From an uncultured bacterium (GTDB lineage: Bacteria > Auribacterota > UBA6266), in NCBI GenBank assembly GCA_965369805.1, contig CBDURG010000001.1, positions 1 to 38,257 on the forward strand: a stretch of DNA of 38,257 nt, in the 5' to 3' direction. The position numbers and the translations under genes are program-made. The notes under the pieces were generated by a model. The model searched no databases and had not been told where the DNA came from. It saw nothing but the letters and a program-made list of their open reading frames with translations. This document shows positions 21,201 through 28,633 of this stretch, piece after piece (the stretch's first letter is position 1; every line of letters starts with the position of its first letter).

Positions 21201-22802
21201 AGGGTCAATCGGCGGATTTGTCACTTGAGCAAACAATTGTTTAAAATAATTATAAACAAGCTGCGGTCTCTTGGACAGGACCGCGTGCGGAGTATCATTA
21301 CCCATAGAGCCTATCGCTTCTCCACCGTTTTCGGCCATGGGCTTAATGATAAATTTTAAATCTTCTCTTGTATAACCAAATGCTTTGAGAAGGGGAATAA
21401 CATCTTTATTTCCCTTTTTGTTATAATCCGGTTCAGGCAAATCTTCAATTCTGACCATATTTTTTTTAAGCCAACTACCATAAGGTTTGCCTGAAGAAAC
21501 TTCTTCTTTCAGCTCTTTATTATCAACTACTTTCTTTTTTCCGGTATCTACATAAAGCATTTTGCCGGGTTCAAGCCTCCCTGAAACCTTAATGTCACCG
21601 GGATCTATATCAAGAACACCAACCTCTGAAGCCATTACTAATAAATCATTTCTCGTAATAATATACCTCGCGGGCCTGAGTCCGTTCCTGTCAAGAACCG
21701 CGCCCAGACAAGTCCCATCCGTAAAAGCAACGGCAGCGGGGCCATCCCATGGTTCCATCAGGCAGGCATGATATTGATAAAAAGCCCTAAGCTTCTCGTC
21801 CATAAACGCGTCCTGTTCCCAGGCTGAAGGAATTAACATCATCATGGCATGCGGTAAAGATCTGCCTGATAGGATCAGCAATTCAAAAACGTTGTCCAAA
21901 ACCGCGGAATCACTGCCGCCGGGAACAATTACAGGTTTTATTTTCTCAATATCTTCCCCGAAATAACTGCTGTTTAACAGCCCTTCCTTCGCACGCATCC
22001 AATTAACATTGCCGCGAAGTGTATTTATTTCACCATTGTGGGCAAGAAATCTGAAAGGCTGGGATAAATCCCAGGAAGGAAAAGTATTTGTACTGTATCT
22101 TGAATGAACAATACACAATGAACTCGCGAGCTTTTCATCTCCCAGATCAGGAAAAAACTTTTCAAGCTGAGAAGGCATGAGAAGCCCTTTATAGATAAAG
22201 GTACGGCAGGAAATATTGGTAATATAAAAAAAAGCCTTCTGCTTCAGTTTTGAATTTCTTATAACATTTTCCACATATTTTCTTATTAAATAAAGTTTTC
22301 TTTCAAAATCCAGCGTGTCTTTTATGTTTTCGTTCCGGGAAATAAATATTTGCTCTATTACCGGCCTTATCTCCTTTGCGGTTTTACCTATAACAGATTC
22401 ATCAACAGGCACTTCTCTCCAGCCAAGAACTTTCTGTCCCAATTCTTCAACCGCTTTACTGAAAAGCTTCTTGCAGAAAATACGTTCCTTTTTATCAACA
22501 GGAAGGAAAATAAGTCCGGTACCGTAACTGCCGGGAGGAGGCAGGCCTATCTTCATTTCACCGCATTTTTCGACAAAAAAATCATGCGGTATCTGTATAA
22601 GAATTCCCGCTCCATCCCCTGTCTTTGGATCCGAACCTGTCGCGCCGCGGTGTGACAGGCGCTTTAAAACCTTTAACCCCTGGACTATAATTTCATGGGT
22701 TTTTTTACCTTTAACATTGCACACAAAACCGACCCCGCAGCTGTCATGTTCAAACCGCGGATCGTAAAGCCCCTGCTTTTTGAAAAACTGATTCTCTTCC
22801 AT
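18273..22802 (-). CDS. gltB: glutamate synthase large subunit
   Basis: 1509 aa. Ntn amidotransferase Cys (HDSCGVGF), central domain, FMN/3Fe-4S domain, C-terminal GXGXG beta-helix repeats. Confidence 0.97.
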   Translation of the reverse strand: MEENQFFKKQGLYDPRFEHDSCGVGFVCNVKGKKTHEIIVQGLKVLKRLSHRGATGSDPKTGDGAGILIQIPHDFFVEKCGEMKIGLPPPGSYGTGLIFLPVDKKERIFCKKLFSKAVEELGQKVLGWREVPVDESVIGKTAKEIRPVIEQIFISRNENIKDTLDFERKLYLIRKYVENVIRNSKLKQKAFFYITNISCRTFIYKGLLMPSQLEKFFPDLGDEKLASSLCIVHSRYSTNTFPSWDLSQPFRFLAHNGEINTLRGNVNWMRAKEGLLNSSYFGEDIEKIKPVIVPGGSDSAVLDNVFELLILSGRSLPHAMMMLIPSAWEQDAFMDEKLRAFYQYHACLMEPWDGPAAVAFTDGTCLGAVLDRNGLRPARYIITRNDLLVMASEVGVLDIDPGDIKVSGRLEPGKMLYVDTGKKKVVDNKELKEEVSSGKPYGSWLKKNMVRIEDLPEPDYNKKGNKDVIPLLKAFGYTREDLKFIIKPMAENGGEAIGSMGNDTPHAVLSKRPQLVYNYFKQLFAQVTNPPIDPIREELVMSLECYMGTRRNLLDETPLHCGKLKLKHPILSNADLERIRKINQKGFCSKTISILFKSKDESSFQETLERICLEAAAAIKENNTFIILSDRGVNKDYAAIPALIAVGAVHQYLVKQGSRSQIALILESGEPRDVHHFSLLFAFGAGCVNPYMAFDSIEYMIRDGMLDTEIEVAKKNYINALKKGILKILSKMGISTLRSYRGAQIFEALGLDKEIIEKCFTGTVSRIEGAGIEVIAKETLTRHRDAYRVRGGNSKLLPVGGVYQWKKDGEFHLWNPESIAALQDAAKHDDYDKYKEFSCLINDQSNNPATLRSLLKFTKVKPVSIDEVESIHNIFSRFVTGAMSFGSISKDAHESIALAMNRIGGKSNTGEGGEDPSRFVSLRSGHSKRSAIKQIASGRFGVSTNYLVNADELQIKIAQGAKPGEGGQLPGHKVSVTIASTRYTTPGVTLISPPPHHDIYSIEDLAQLIFDLKNVNPRARISVKLVSEIGVGTVAAGVAKGRADMILISGSDGGTGASPRSSIMHAGLPWELGLSETHQTLVLNNLRGRVVLQTDGQIRTGRDIAIAALLGAEEYGTCSACLVILGCVMLRHCHLNNCSMGVATQDPILQSRFRGRPEYIVTYMNFVAQELREIMASLGIRNLDDMIGRTDFLEVNKNIIPWKALQIDFSNILYKPDVKKDVDTFCKRRQNHGIDNVLDRRLIKLARRSLLNREQTREEISVCNTNRSTGAMLSGEICRIYGEEGLPNDTIYFKFTGVAGQSFGAWLTKGVTFELEGITNDYIGKGISGGKIIIYPDRRSKYKAHENIIVGNTSFYGAISGEVYIRGIAGERFCVRNSGVNAVVEGVGDHGCEYMTGGRIVILGKTGRNFAAGMSGGIAYVFDEDNMIESRCNINMVNIDVIDDEDEAAIHELVHNHYKYTQSEKAEMILGDFKKSLKSFVKIIPVEYKRILETKKTDEKLGLTEISDG

Positions 22803-22825
22803 ATTAATATTTTCACTTAGCGTTT

Positions 22826-22861
22826 ACACAAAAGTTACGGCACCGCCAAAAAGAGGTGCCG
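22826..22861 (-). terminator. GC-rich hairpin/partial terminator in the glnA-gltB spacer
   Basis: RNA sense CGGCACC-UCUUUUUGGC-GGUGCCG (7 bp) followed by UAACUUUUGUGU. It is the only structure in the 83-nt spacer. Confidence 0.45.
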
Positions 22862-22885
22862 CAACTTCCAACTTTGCTATTTTTA

Positions 22886-24994
22886 TTACATCATAAACAT
22901 CATTTCAGCATATGTAGCAAGCGGCCACTTTTCATCGGGAACCAACCCCTCAAGAGCATCAACAAATCCCCGAAGTTTCACCGTGGCCGTGATTTTCTCC
23001 TTTGATGAACCTTTCTTTATGGCTTTCTCAAGCCCGCTTATTGAAACAAGCGCGCCTTCTGTCTTTGCGCATACTTCAGAAAGCAAAGCCTTTGTTGATT
23101 TTAACGCGTTTTTCCTGTCAACCTTAGAAACAGCGTTGATGGTTTCGGCCAATTCACTCTGGTACTCCAAAGCCGCGTTAATAACCTGTGTTTTAGCTAT
23201 TGTTACCGCTACTTCCGATTCAACCTGGATAATTTCATCATACTCTTTTTGATAAACCTCAAACCTTGACTTAAGCTCTTTCTCTGATAAAACCTTATAC
23301 TTTTCAAAAAGCTTAACCGTTTTTACATCCAGGAGGATTTTTAAGGATTCAGGCGTTGTTTTCAGATTAGAAAGCCCTCTCTTCTTTGCTTCTGAATGCC
23401 AAGCCTTAGTATAATTATCCCCATTAAATAAAATACGTTTATGTTCTTTAACTATCTTCCGCAGTATTTTCTGTAAAGATTTGTTGAACTCTTTTTTCGC
23501 GGAAACATCTTTTTCCAGTGAAGCGCAAATATCATCAATCGCCGCCGCGACAATCGTGTTTAATACTATGTTTGGGCCGGCACAGTTCTGGTTTGAGCCT
23601 ACCGCACGGAATTCGAACTTATTCCCGGTAAAGGCAAACGGCGATGTCCTGTTCCTGTCGGTCGCGTCTCTCGGGAGGGTTGGAAGCGAAGAAACCCCGA
23701 TTTTTATAAAACCGCCGCTCTTAGAAGTTTTGGCCTCACCTCTTTCTATCTGGCCGATCACACCCGTTAATTGTTCTCCAAGAAAAATTGACAAAATCGC
23801 GGGGGGTGCCTCATTGGCTCCAAGCCTGTGGTCATTACCCGCGGTAGCTACCGAGGCTCTTAATATCTCCGCGTGAGTATCCACCGCCTTGATAAGCGCG
23901 CAAATCAGAGTTAGAAACTTCGCGTTATCATGCGGGTTATCTCCCGGGCTCAGCCAGTTTTTACCATCCGGGCCTTTTATCGACCAGTTATTGTGTTTGC
24001 CCGAACCATTAACGCCGGCAAACGGCTTTTCATGAAGAAGGCACACAAAATCATGATCTTCGGCTACCTTACGCAGAACTTCCATAAGCATCATGTTATG
24101 GTCAACAGATAAATTTAACCCTTCATAAACGGACGCGACTTCAAACTGGCCGGGACAAACCTCGTTATGGCGGGTTTTCGCCGGAATACCAAGCTTCCAT
24201 AGCTCTCTGTCAAAATCATCCATAAAAGTCATTACCCTGTCTTTAATAGCACCAAAATAATGATCTTCCATTTGCTGGTGTTTTGCCGGTGCTTTGCCGA
24301 ATATTGTTCTTCCGGTTTGAATAAGGTCAAGCCGGCTCTCATAAAAGGCTTTGTCTATAAGAAAATATTCCTGTTCCGCTCCGAGAGTCGCGTAAGCTTT
24401 TCTGCCGCCATCTTTAATTTTAAACAGCCTGCCCAGGCGGCACACCTGCTCTGATAAAGCTTCCATAGATCTCAGGAGAGGAGTTTTTTTGTCCAGAGAA
24501 TCGCCGTGATACCCGCAAAATACGGTCGGGATGCAGAGAGTAGCCCCATTTTCTCCCTCTTTTATAAACGCGGGGCTGGTCGGATCCCAGGCAGTGTATC
24601 CCCTTGCTTCAAAAGTCGACCTTAATCCTCCGGACGGAAAACTTGAAGCATCGGGCTCCCCCTGAATTAATTCTTTACCTGAAAATTGAAGTATTACCCC
24701 TCCCTCAGAATCCGGGACAATAAAGGAATCATGCTTTTCTGCCGTTGTCCCGGTCAGGGGCTGAAACCAATGAGTAAAATGGGTCGCCCCCTTTGAAACC
24801 GCCCAGTTTTTCATGGCATCGGCAACTTCATCGGCAATGGCCGGATTTAGTGACTTTCCCTTCTCCATCGTTTCTTTCAAAGAGTTAATCGCCTTATCCG
24901 AAAGATAATTGCGCATTGTTTTAAAGCTAAACACGTTTTGGCCATAAATCTCTGTTATCGCTTTTGCCGGGTCCAGTTCAGATTTCCTACTCAT
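22886..24994 (-). CDS. glnN: glutamine synthetase type III
   Basis: 702 aa. GSIII-type N-terminal domain (ATHFTHWFQPLTG) and catalytic domain motifs (HNEVCPGQFE, NGSGKHNNWS). Confidence 0.93.
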   Translation of the reverse strand: MSRKSELDPAKAITEIYGQNVFSFKTMRNYLSDKAINSLKETMEKGKSLNPAIADEVADAMKNWAVSKGATHFTHWFQPLTGTTAEKHDSFIVPDSEGGVILQFSGKELIQGEPDASSFPSGGLRSTFEARGYTAWDPTSPAFIKEGENGATLCIPTVFCGYHGDSLDKKTPLLRSMEALSEQVCRLGRLFKIKDGGRKAYATLGAEQEYFLIDKAFYESRLDLIQTGRTIFGKAPAKHQQMEDHYFGAIKDRVMTFMDDFDRELWKLGIPAKTRHNEVCPGQFEVASVYEGLNLSVDHNMMLMEVLRKVAEDHDFVCLLHEKPFAGVNGSGKHNNWSIKGPDGKNWLSPGDNPHDNAKFLTLICALIKAVDTHAEILRASVATAGNDHRLGANEAPPAILSIFLGEQLTGVIGQIERGEAKTSKSGGFIKIGVSSLPTLPRDATDRNRTSPFAFTGNKFEFRAVGSNQNCAGPNIVLNTIVAAAIDDICASLEKDVSAKKEFNKSLQKILRKIVKEHKRILFNGDNYTKAWHSEAKKRGLSNLKTTPESLKILLDVKTVKLFEKYKVLSEKELKSRFEVYQKEYDEIIQVESEVAVTIAKTQVINAALEYQSELAETINAVSKVDRKNALKSTKALLSEVCAKTEGALVSISGLEKAIKKGSSKEKITATVKLRGFVDALEGLVPDEKWPLATYAEMMFMM

Positions 24995-25071
24995 ATTTCA
25001 TCTCCTATTATTTTAATACTTTCTCCATAAACCCAGCAATCCTTTGGATTGCAGAGAACAAAATCAGGGAT

Positions 25072-25118
25072 AAACAAAAAAAGGCACTCAAAAACCCTGC
25101 AGGTTTAAGAACGCCTTT
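25072..25118 (-). terminator. intrinsic terminator inside the glnA leader
   Basis: RNA sense AAAGGCGUUCUUAAACC-CUGCAG-GGUUUUUGAGUGCCUUU (about 15 bp with a 2x2 internal loop) followed by UUUUGUUU. Lies about 75 nt upstream of the glnN ATG. Confidence 0.55.
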
Positions 25119-25135
25119 GTCATATTTTTTTCGGC

Positions 25136-25151
25136 GGTACAACTTTGTACC
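25136..25151 (-). promoter_or_regulatory. hexaloop hairpin in the glnA leader (candidate ANTAR-binding element)
   Basis: RNA sense GGUAC-AAAGUU-GUACC. 5-bp stem, hexaloop with A1 and G4. Sits about 17 nt upstream of the leader terminator. Confidence 0.4.
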
Positions 25152-25171
25152 TATTTCCAAAATCGTTGTCC

Positions 25172-25200
25172 TTTTTACTATACATTTTTCTACATGTCAA
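25172..25200 (-). promoter_or_regulatory. putative sigma-70-type promoter of glnN
   Basis: CTTGACA (-35 at 25195-25200), 17 nt spacer, TAAAAA (-10). Confidence 0.35.
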
Positions 25201-25277
25201 GTTCATTTTATACTATTTCTTTCGAAAATTCCACACTTACCTGATGCTTTTAAACATAATCAGAAGATTTTTCCGTT

Positions 25278-25619
25278 TTAACCAATAGCCATGCTCCCTT
25301 CTTCTCCTGTCCTGATTCTTATGCAAGTGGGCAAATCAAGTACAAATATCTTACCATCCCCTATTTTTCCGGTTCTGGCCCCTTTAATAATAGCGTCCAT
25401 AGTGGGCTGGACAAATTCTTTATTCACCGCGATTTCAAGTTTTACCTTTTTCAAAAGGTTAACTTCGTGAATAACCCCCCTGTAGGCTTCCATGAAACCT
25501 TTCTGCTGGCCGCATCCAAGAGCATTTGTAACAGTCATTTTATGCACGTCAGCAGCAAAAAGCGCTTTTTTTACATCCGGAAGTTTATGCGGCTGAATCA
25601 TAGCAATTATTAATTTCAT
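25278..25619 (-). CDS. glnK: P-II nitrogen regulatory protein
   Basis: 113 aa. PII signatures (T-loop [27 protein letters not shown]). Immediately downstream of amtB. Confidence 0.93.
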   Translation of the reverse strand: MKLIIAMIQPHKLPDVKKALFAADVHKMTVTNALGCGQQKGFMEAYRGVIHEVNLLKKVKLEIAVNKEFVQPTMDAIIKGARTGKIGDGKIFVLDLPTCIRIRTGEEGSMAIG

Positions 25620-25656
25620 TTTAAAGCCTCCCTTTTTTTATTAATCTTCCATTTTT

Positions 25657-25688
25657 GAGGCATGGGGAAAAATCCTGCCCCATGCCTC
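25657..25688 (-). other. perfect 11-bp intercistronic stem-loop between amtB and the PII gene
   Basis: GAGGCATGGGG-N10-CCCCATGCCTC. No U-run follows on the sense strand. Confidence 0.6.
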
Positions 25689-25701
25689 ATCAATTATCCG
25701 T

Positions 25702-27042
25702 TTAATTTTCCGTACTGAATATCTGGAACCCAGCGTAAGACTCCATACCATGCTCGCTGATATCCAGGCCTTTCAACTGCTCTTGATTAGAAGCCCTGAG
25801 CCCAATAGTCTTTTTTACCAGATAAAAGAGAGCGCAGGCGGATCCAAATGTCCATACAAATACAGCAATAACACCTGTAACCTGGGTAATAAACTGGCCC
25901 ATTCCGCCACCAAAGAACAAACCGTTTACCCCACCATAGGCTTCTTCCGCGAAAAGGCCTGCTGCCAGTGTCCCGAAAGCACCGCACACACCGTGAACGG
26001 ATATCGCGCCAACGGGATCATCGATGTGAAGAACCTTGTCAATGAACTCAACACTAAAAACAACGATTACGCCCGCAACAGCCCCTATTATAATCGCGCT
26101 TATCGGAGAAACATTCGCGCAGGGAGCTGTTATCGCGACTAATCCGGCAAGTGCCCCGTTTAGAGCCATACTGGTATCAGGTTTACCAAACTGTATCCAG
26201 ACTGTTATCATCGCTGTTATCGCTCCGGCAGCGGCAGCAAGGTTAGTCGTCACGGCAATCACAGCTATACTCAAGTCAGTTCCAGCAGTGGTACTGCCGG
26301 CATTAAAACCAAACCATCCGAACCAGAGAATGAACACCCCAAGCGATGCCAGCGGTATGTTATGCCCGGGTATTGCATTTGAAGACCCATCTTTGTTGTA
26401 TTTACCAAGTCTGGGGCCTAAAATCATAGCTCCCGCAAGAGCCGCCCAGCCTCCAACAGAGTGGACAACTGTAGAACCCGCAAAGTCGATCATTCCTTTG
26501 GCAGCAAGCCACCCGCCGCCCCATATCCAATGGCCCGCTACAGGATATATGAGCGCTGTAATAAATACGCTGTAAACAAGATACGCGCTAAACTTTGTTC
26601 TTTCTGCCATAGCTCCGGAAACAATAGTCGCGGCTGTAGCGGCAAAAACCGCCTGAAAAATCCAGAACGCGTACTGCCACATCCCCTCACCGGTCGCTGT
26701 GTTCGCGGAACTAAGGAAAAACCCGTCTTTTCCGAATAAGCCAAAGACATCCGTTCCGAACATTATTCCAAAACCTACTACAAAAAACGCAATAGACCCT
26801 ACAGAAAAATCCATCAGGTTTTTCATCATGATATTCGCCGCGTTCTTAGCCCTTGTAAATCCTGTCTCAACCAACGCGAAACCGGCCTGCATGAAAAATA
26901 CAAGGAATGCCGCTAGCAGAATCCATACAGTATTTATGGCTGTCGCGTTAGACGCGGCTGTATCATCCGCGAAAACATATCCTCCTGTAAAAAAGACCAG
27001 TATGAATAATAGAATTTTCGGCAATTTAAACAGTTTCTTCAT
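25702..27042 (-). CDS. amtB: ammonium transporter
   Basis: 446 aa. Signal-like N-terminus, Amt signatures (DFAGS.VVH..GG, twin-His context HG.CG..G). Confidence 0.95.
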   Translation of the reverse strand: MKKLFKLPKILLFILVFFTGGYVFADDTAASNATAINTVWILLAAFLVFFMQAGFALVETGFTRAKNAANIMMKNLMDFSVGSIAFFVVGFGIMFGTDVFGLFGKDGFFLSSANTATGEGMWQYAFWIFQAVFAATAATIVSGAMAERTKFSAYLVYSVFITALIYPVAGHWIWGGGWLAAKGMIDFAGSTVVHSVGGWAALAGAMILGPRLGKYNKDGSSNAIPGHNIPLASLGVFILWFGWFGFNAGSTTAGTDLSIAVIAVTTNLAAAAGAITAMITVWIQFGKPDTSMALNGALAGLVAITAPCANVSPISAIIIGAVAGVIVVFSVEFIDKVLHIDDPVGAISVHGVCGAFGTLAAGLFAEEAYGGVNGLFFGGGMGQFITQVTGVIAVFVWTFGSACALFYLVKKTIGLRASNQEQLKGLDISEHGMESYAGFQIFSTEN

Positions 27043-27062
27043 TCTTCACACCCCCTTTTTAG

Positions 27063-27815
27063 TTAAAAGCTTACAGTAAACGAACAACCTGCAAAAAATT
27101 CATCCGTATATTGGCTGTCCATCGCTATTGATTCGCTGATATGCGGTTCAATAGTAAAATATTCTCCTACTGGAACAGTAACGCTTAATGATAACAGTGT
27201 GCTTGTAAAACTTCCCTCATATCCCCACTGCTTATCGTTGTAACCCATTGATGCGCCCAAGTTTATTGATACCGGTTCCAGTTCAAAGCTATGGCCTATC
27301 CCCCATTCCAGGTAGGTACCGTCACCGTCGTCAAAATCATAGTAGGCCGAAAAGTATGGGCTTAAGAAAACATCCAGGGCAACACTTCCGTAAACTTCTT
27401 GCGAATCAGAATCAGCATTCGGAAACATGTAATAAATATATCCTCCGGACAGGCTCACCTTTTCCATCGTCTCATTAATAAATCCCAGGTCTGTAGTAAA
27501 ATCCGCTGTGAAATCACTTTCCGTCCATTCCCTTGCAGGGCTGGCCGCGTCTGTCCTATCCGCGTCATAACTAGCCCACCAGTTTAGTGAAAACCACTTG
27601 TACCCGATAGTTGCTGTGGGCTGTACTACAAAGCCGTTTGTAAGCGTTTGGCCCCTCCATACATACTTTGAGTTCAGGTCTACGCCGGCTTCATAATTCA
27701 GAAGTCCCAACGGTTCCGGCAGAAAAGATTCAGCTCCTTCATCCGCAAACATAACCGGAGACCCAGCCATCAAGATAACAACCGCAGCCATTGTTAACAT
27801 GCCAATCAGTTTCAT
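27063..27815 (-). CDS. outer-membrane beta-barrel protein, TorF/Gcw_chp-like putative porin
   Basis: 250 aa. Signal peptide, alternating beta-strand pattern, YVWRG motif, C-terminal aromatic residue (TVSF). This family is commonly found next to amt genes. Confidence 0.7.
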   Translation of the reverse strand: MKLIGMLTMAAVVILMAGSPVMFADEGAESFLPEPLGLLNYEAGVDLNSKYVWRGQTLTNGFVVQPTATIGYKWFSLNWWASYDADRTDAASPAREWTESDFTADFTTDLGFINETMEKVSLSGGYIYYMFPNADSDSQEVYGSVALDVFLSPYFSAYYDFDDGDGTYLEWGIGHSFELEPVSINLGASMGYNDKQWGYEGSFTSTLLSLSVTVPVGEYFTIEPHISESIAMDSQYTDEFFAGCSFTVSF

Positions 27816-27849
27816 TTTCTCCTCCTTTTTTCTTTGTTTTTATTCATAT

Positions 27850-27900
27850 AAATAAAAAAGGCCCTCAAGATAATACCTTCAACGGTATTAAATTGAGCGC
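27850..27900 (-). terminator. second terminator-like structure in the porin-amtB leader
   Basis: RNA sense GCGCUCAA...UUGAGGGC (8 bp, 1 mismatch) followed by CUUUUUUAUUU. Its 5' arm overlaps the 3' arm of hairpin GAGC-UCAGGC-GCUC (27895-27908), and it encloses hairpin AUACC-GUUGAA-GGUAU (27873-27888). Confidence 0.4.
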
Positions 27901-27931
27901 CTGAGCTCAAATAAAGCACCAACAAAGTGCT

Positions 27932-27976
27932 TAAAACAAAAAAGCCCTTTTCAAGCGAATATCTTTGCTTGAAAGG
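27932..27976 (-). terminator. intrinsic terminator inside the porin-amtB leader
   Basis: RNA sense CCUUUCAAGC-AAAGAUAUUC-GCUUGAAAAGG (10 bp, one bulge) followed by GCUUUUUUGUUUU. Confidence 0.6.
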
Positions 27977-28066
27977 ACTTCATTATCCGAATATAAAAAA
28001 AGACGCTCTTCCAAACGCCTCATTGCAAAAACCTCAGCACATCCCCTGTACCGCACTACAGATTAC

Positions 28067-28095
28067 ACAATACATGACAACTAAAAATATGTCAA
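28067..28095 (-). promoter_or_regulatory. putative sigma-70 promoter of the porin-amtB-glnK operon
   Basis: CTTGACA (-35, 28090-28095), 17 nt spacer, TATTGT (-10, 28067-28072). Implies a leader of about 240 nt. Confidence 0.45.
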
Positions 28096-28142
28096 GAAAA
28101 AATTATTATTAATCTTTTTTCCCCGCTTTGACACCATTTATC

Positions 28143-28445
28143 CTATCTAGTTTTCATCAACCGGAGGCTTTTTATAATATTTTCCTGGTCCATAAGCTGA
28201 TTGGTAATAAATTTGTGGATAATACTAGAGATAAGTGTCTGATAGGGAATGCCTTCTTTCTCCGCCTTTATTTTTAACTGATCTAAATCGTGCCTGTTGA
28301 CCCTGAGGCTTATATTTCTTTTCTCATTAGCTTTTCGAATAATCTCTTCTATTTTAGTAATTGTCCGCGGAGATGCCTTCTTATAACTGGAAATATTTCG
28401 TTCAATTTTCTTCTCGTAATTATCTAATTTGATTTTATCAGCCAT
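28143..28445 (-). CDS. ribbon-helix-helix (CopG/BrnA-like) antitoxin
   Basis: 100 aa. C-terminal ISLRVNRHDLDQLKIKAEKEGIPYQTLISSIIHKF is the typical RHH antitoxin module. Confidence 0.7.
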   Translation of the reverse strand: MADKIKLDNYEKKIERNISSYKKASPRTITKIEEIIRKANEKRNISLRVNRHDLDQLKIKAEKEGIPYQTLISSIIHKFITNQLMDQENIIKSLRLMKTR

Positions 28446-28448
28446 AAA

Positions 28449-28565
28449 TCACCCCCGATATTTTTTGTTTAGTTTTCTGCTTGGATAAGCTGTCTTTAAC
28501 ACTATATCTGAATCCTTATCTAGAACAAATGGTACAGCATTGTCAATAAATATATTGTAAGTTTT
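28449..28565 (-). pseudogene. possible C-terminal remnant of the cognate toxin (BrnT/DUF497-like ending)
   Basis: An open frame without a start codon reads KTYNIFIDNAVPFVLDKDSDIVLKTAYPSRKLNKKYRG*, and its stop is 3 nt before the antitoxin ATG. The ending resembles ...I.IISAR.A...E...Y toxin C-termini. Upstream is closed by TAA. Confidence 0.3.
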
Positions 28566-28633
28566 TTAAAGATTACGGGATTTTATCCTTGCCCTGAATG
28601 AACTTTATTTTTTTGTTTGTTTTTTACCCACCG

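Noticed and set aside
27914-27932. The palindrome AGCACC-N5-AGTGCT has the GCAC-N7-GTGC spacing of NtrC enhancer sites, upstream of the porin-amtB operon.
   Set aside because: I found no -24/-12 (TGGCAC-N5-TTGC) sigma-54 promoter between it and the start codon. No ntrC or rpoN is in the window. The site lies inside the transcribed leader, downstream of a terminator, so an RNA hairpin is the simpler reading.
27816-28142. Possible glutamine riboswitch (glnA RNA motif) or another known nitrogen riboswitch in the amtB, glnA and gdhA leaders.
   Set aside because: The conserved CGUUC...GGAAGUAGG...GGAACG core was not recognisable by eye. GGCGUUUGGAAGAGCGUC is only a superficial resemblance. A covariance-model scan is needed to exclude it fully.
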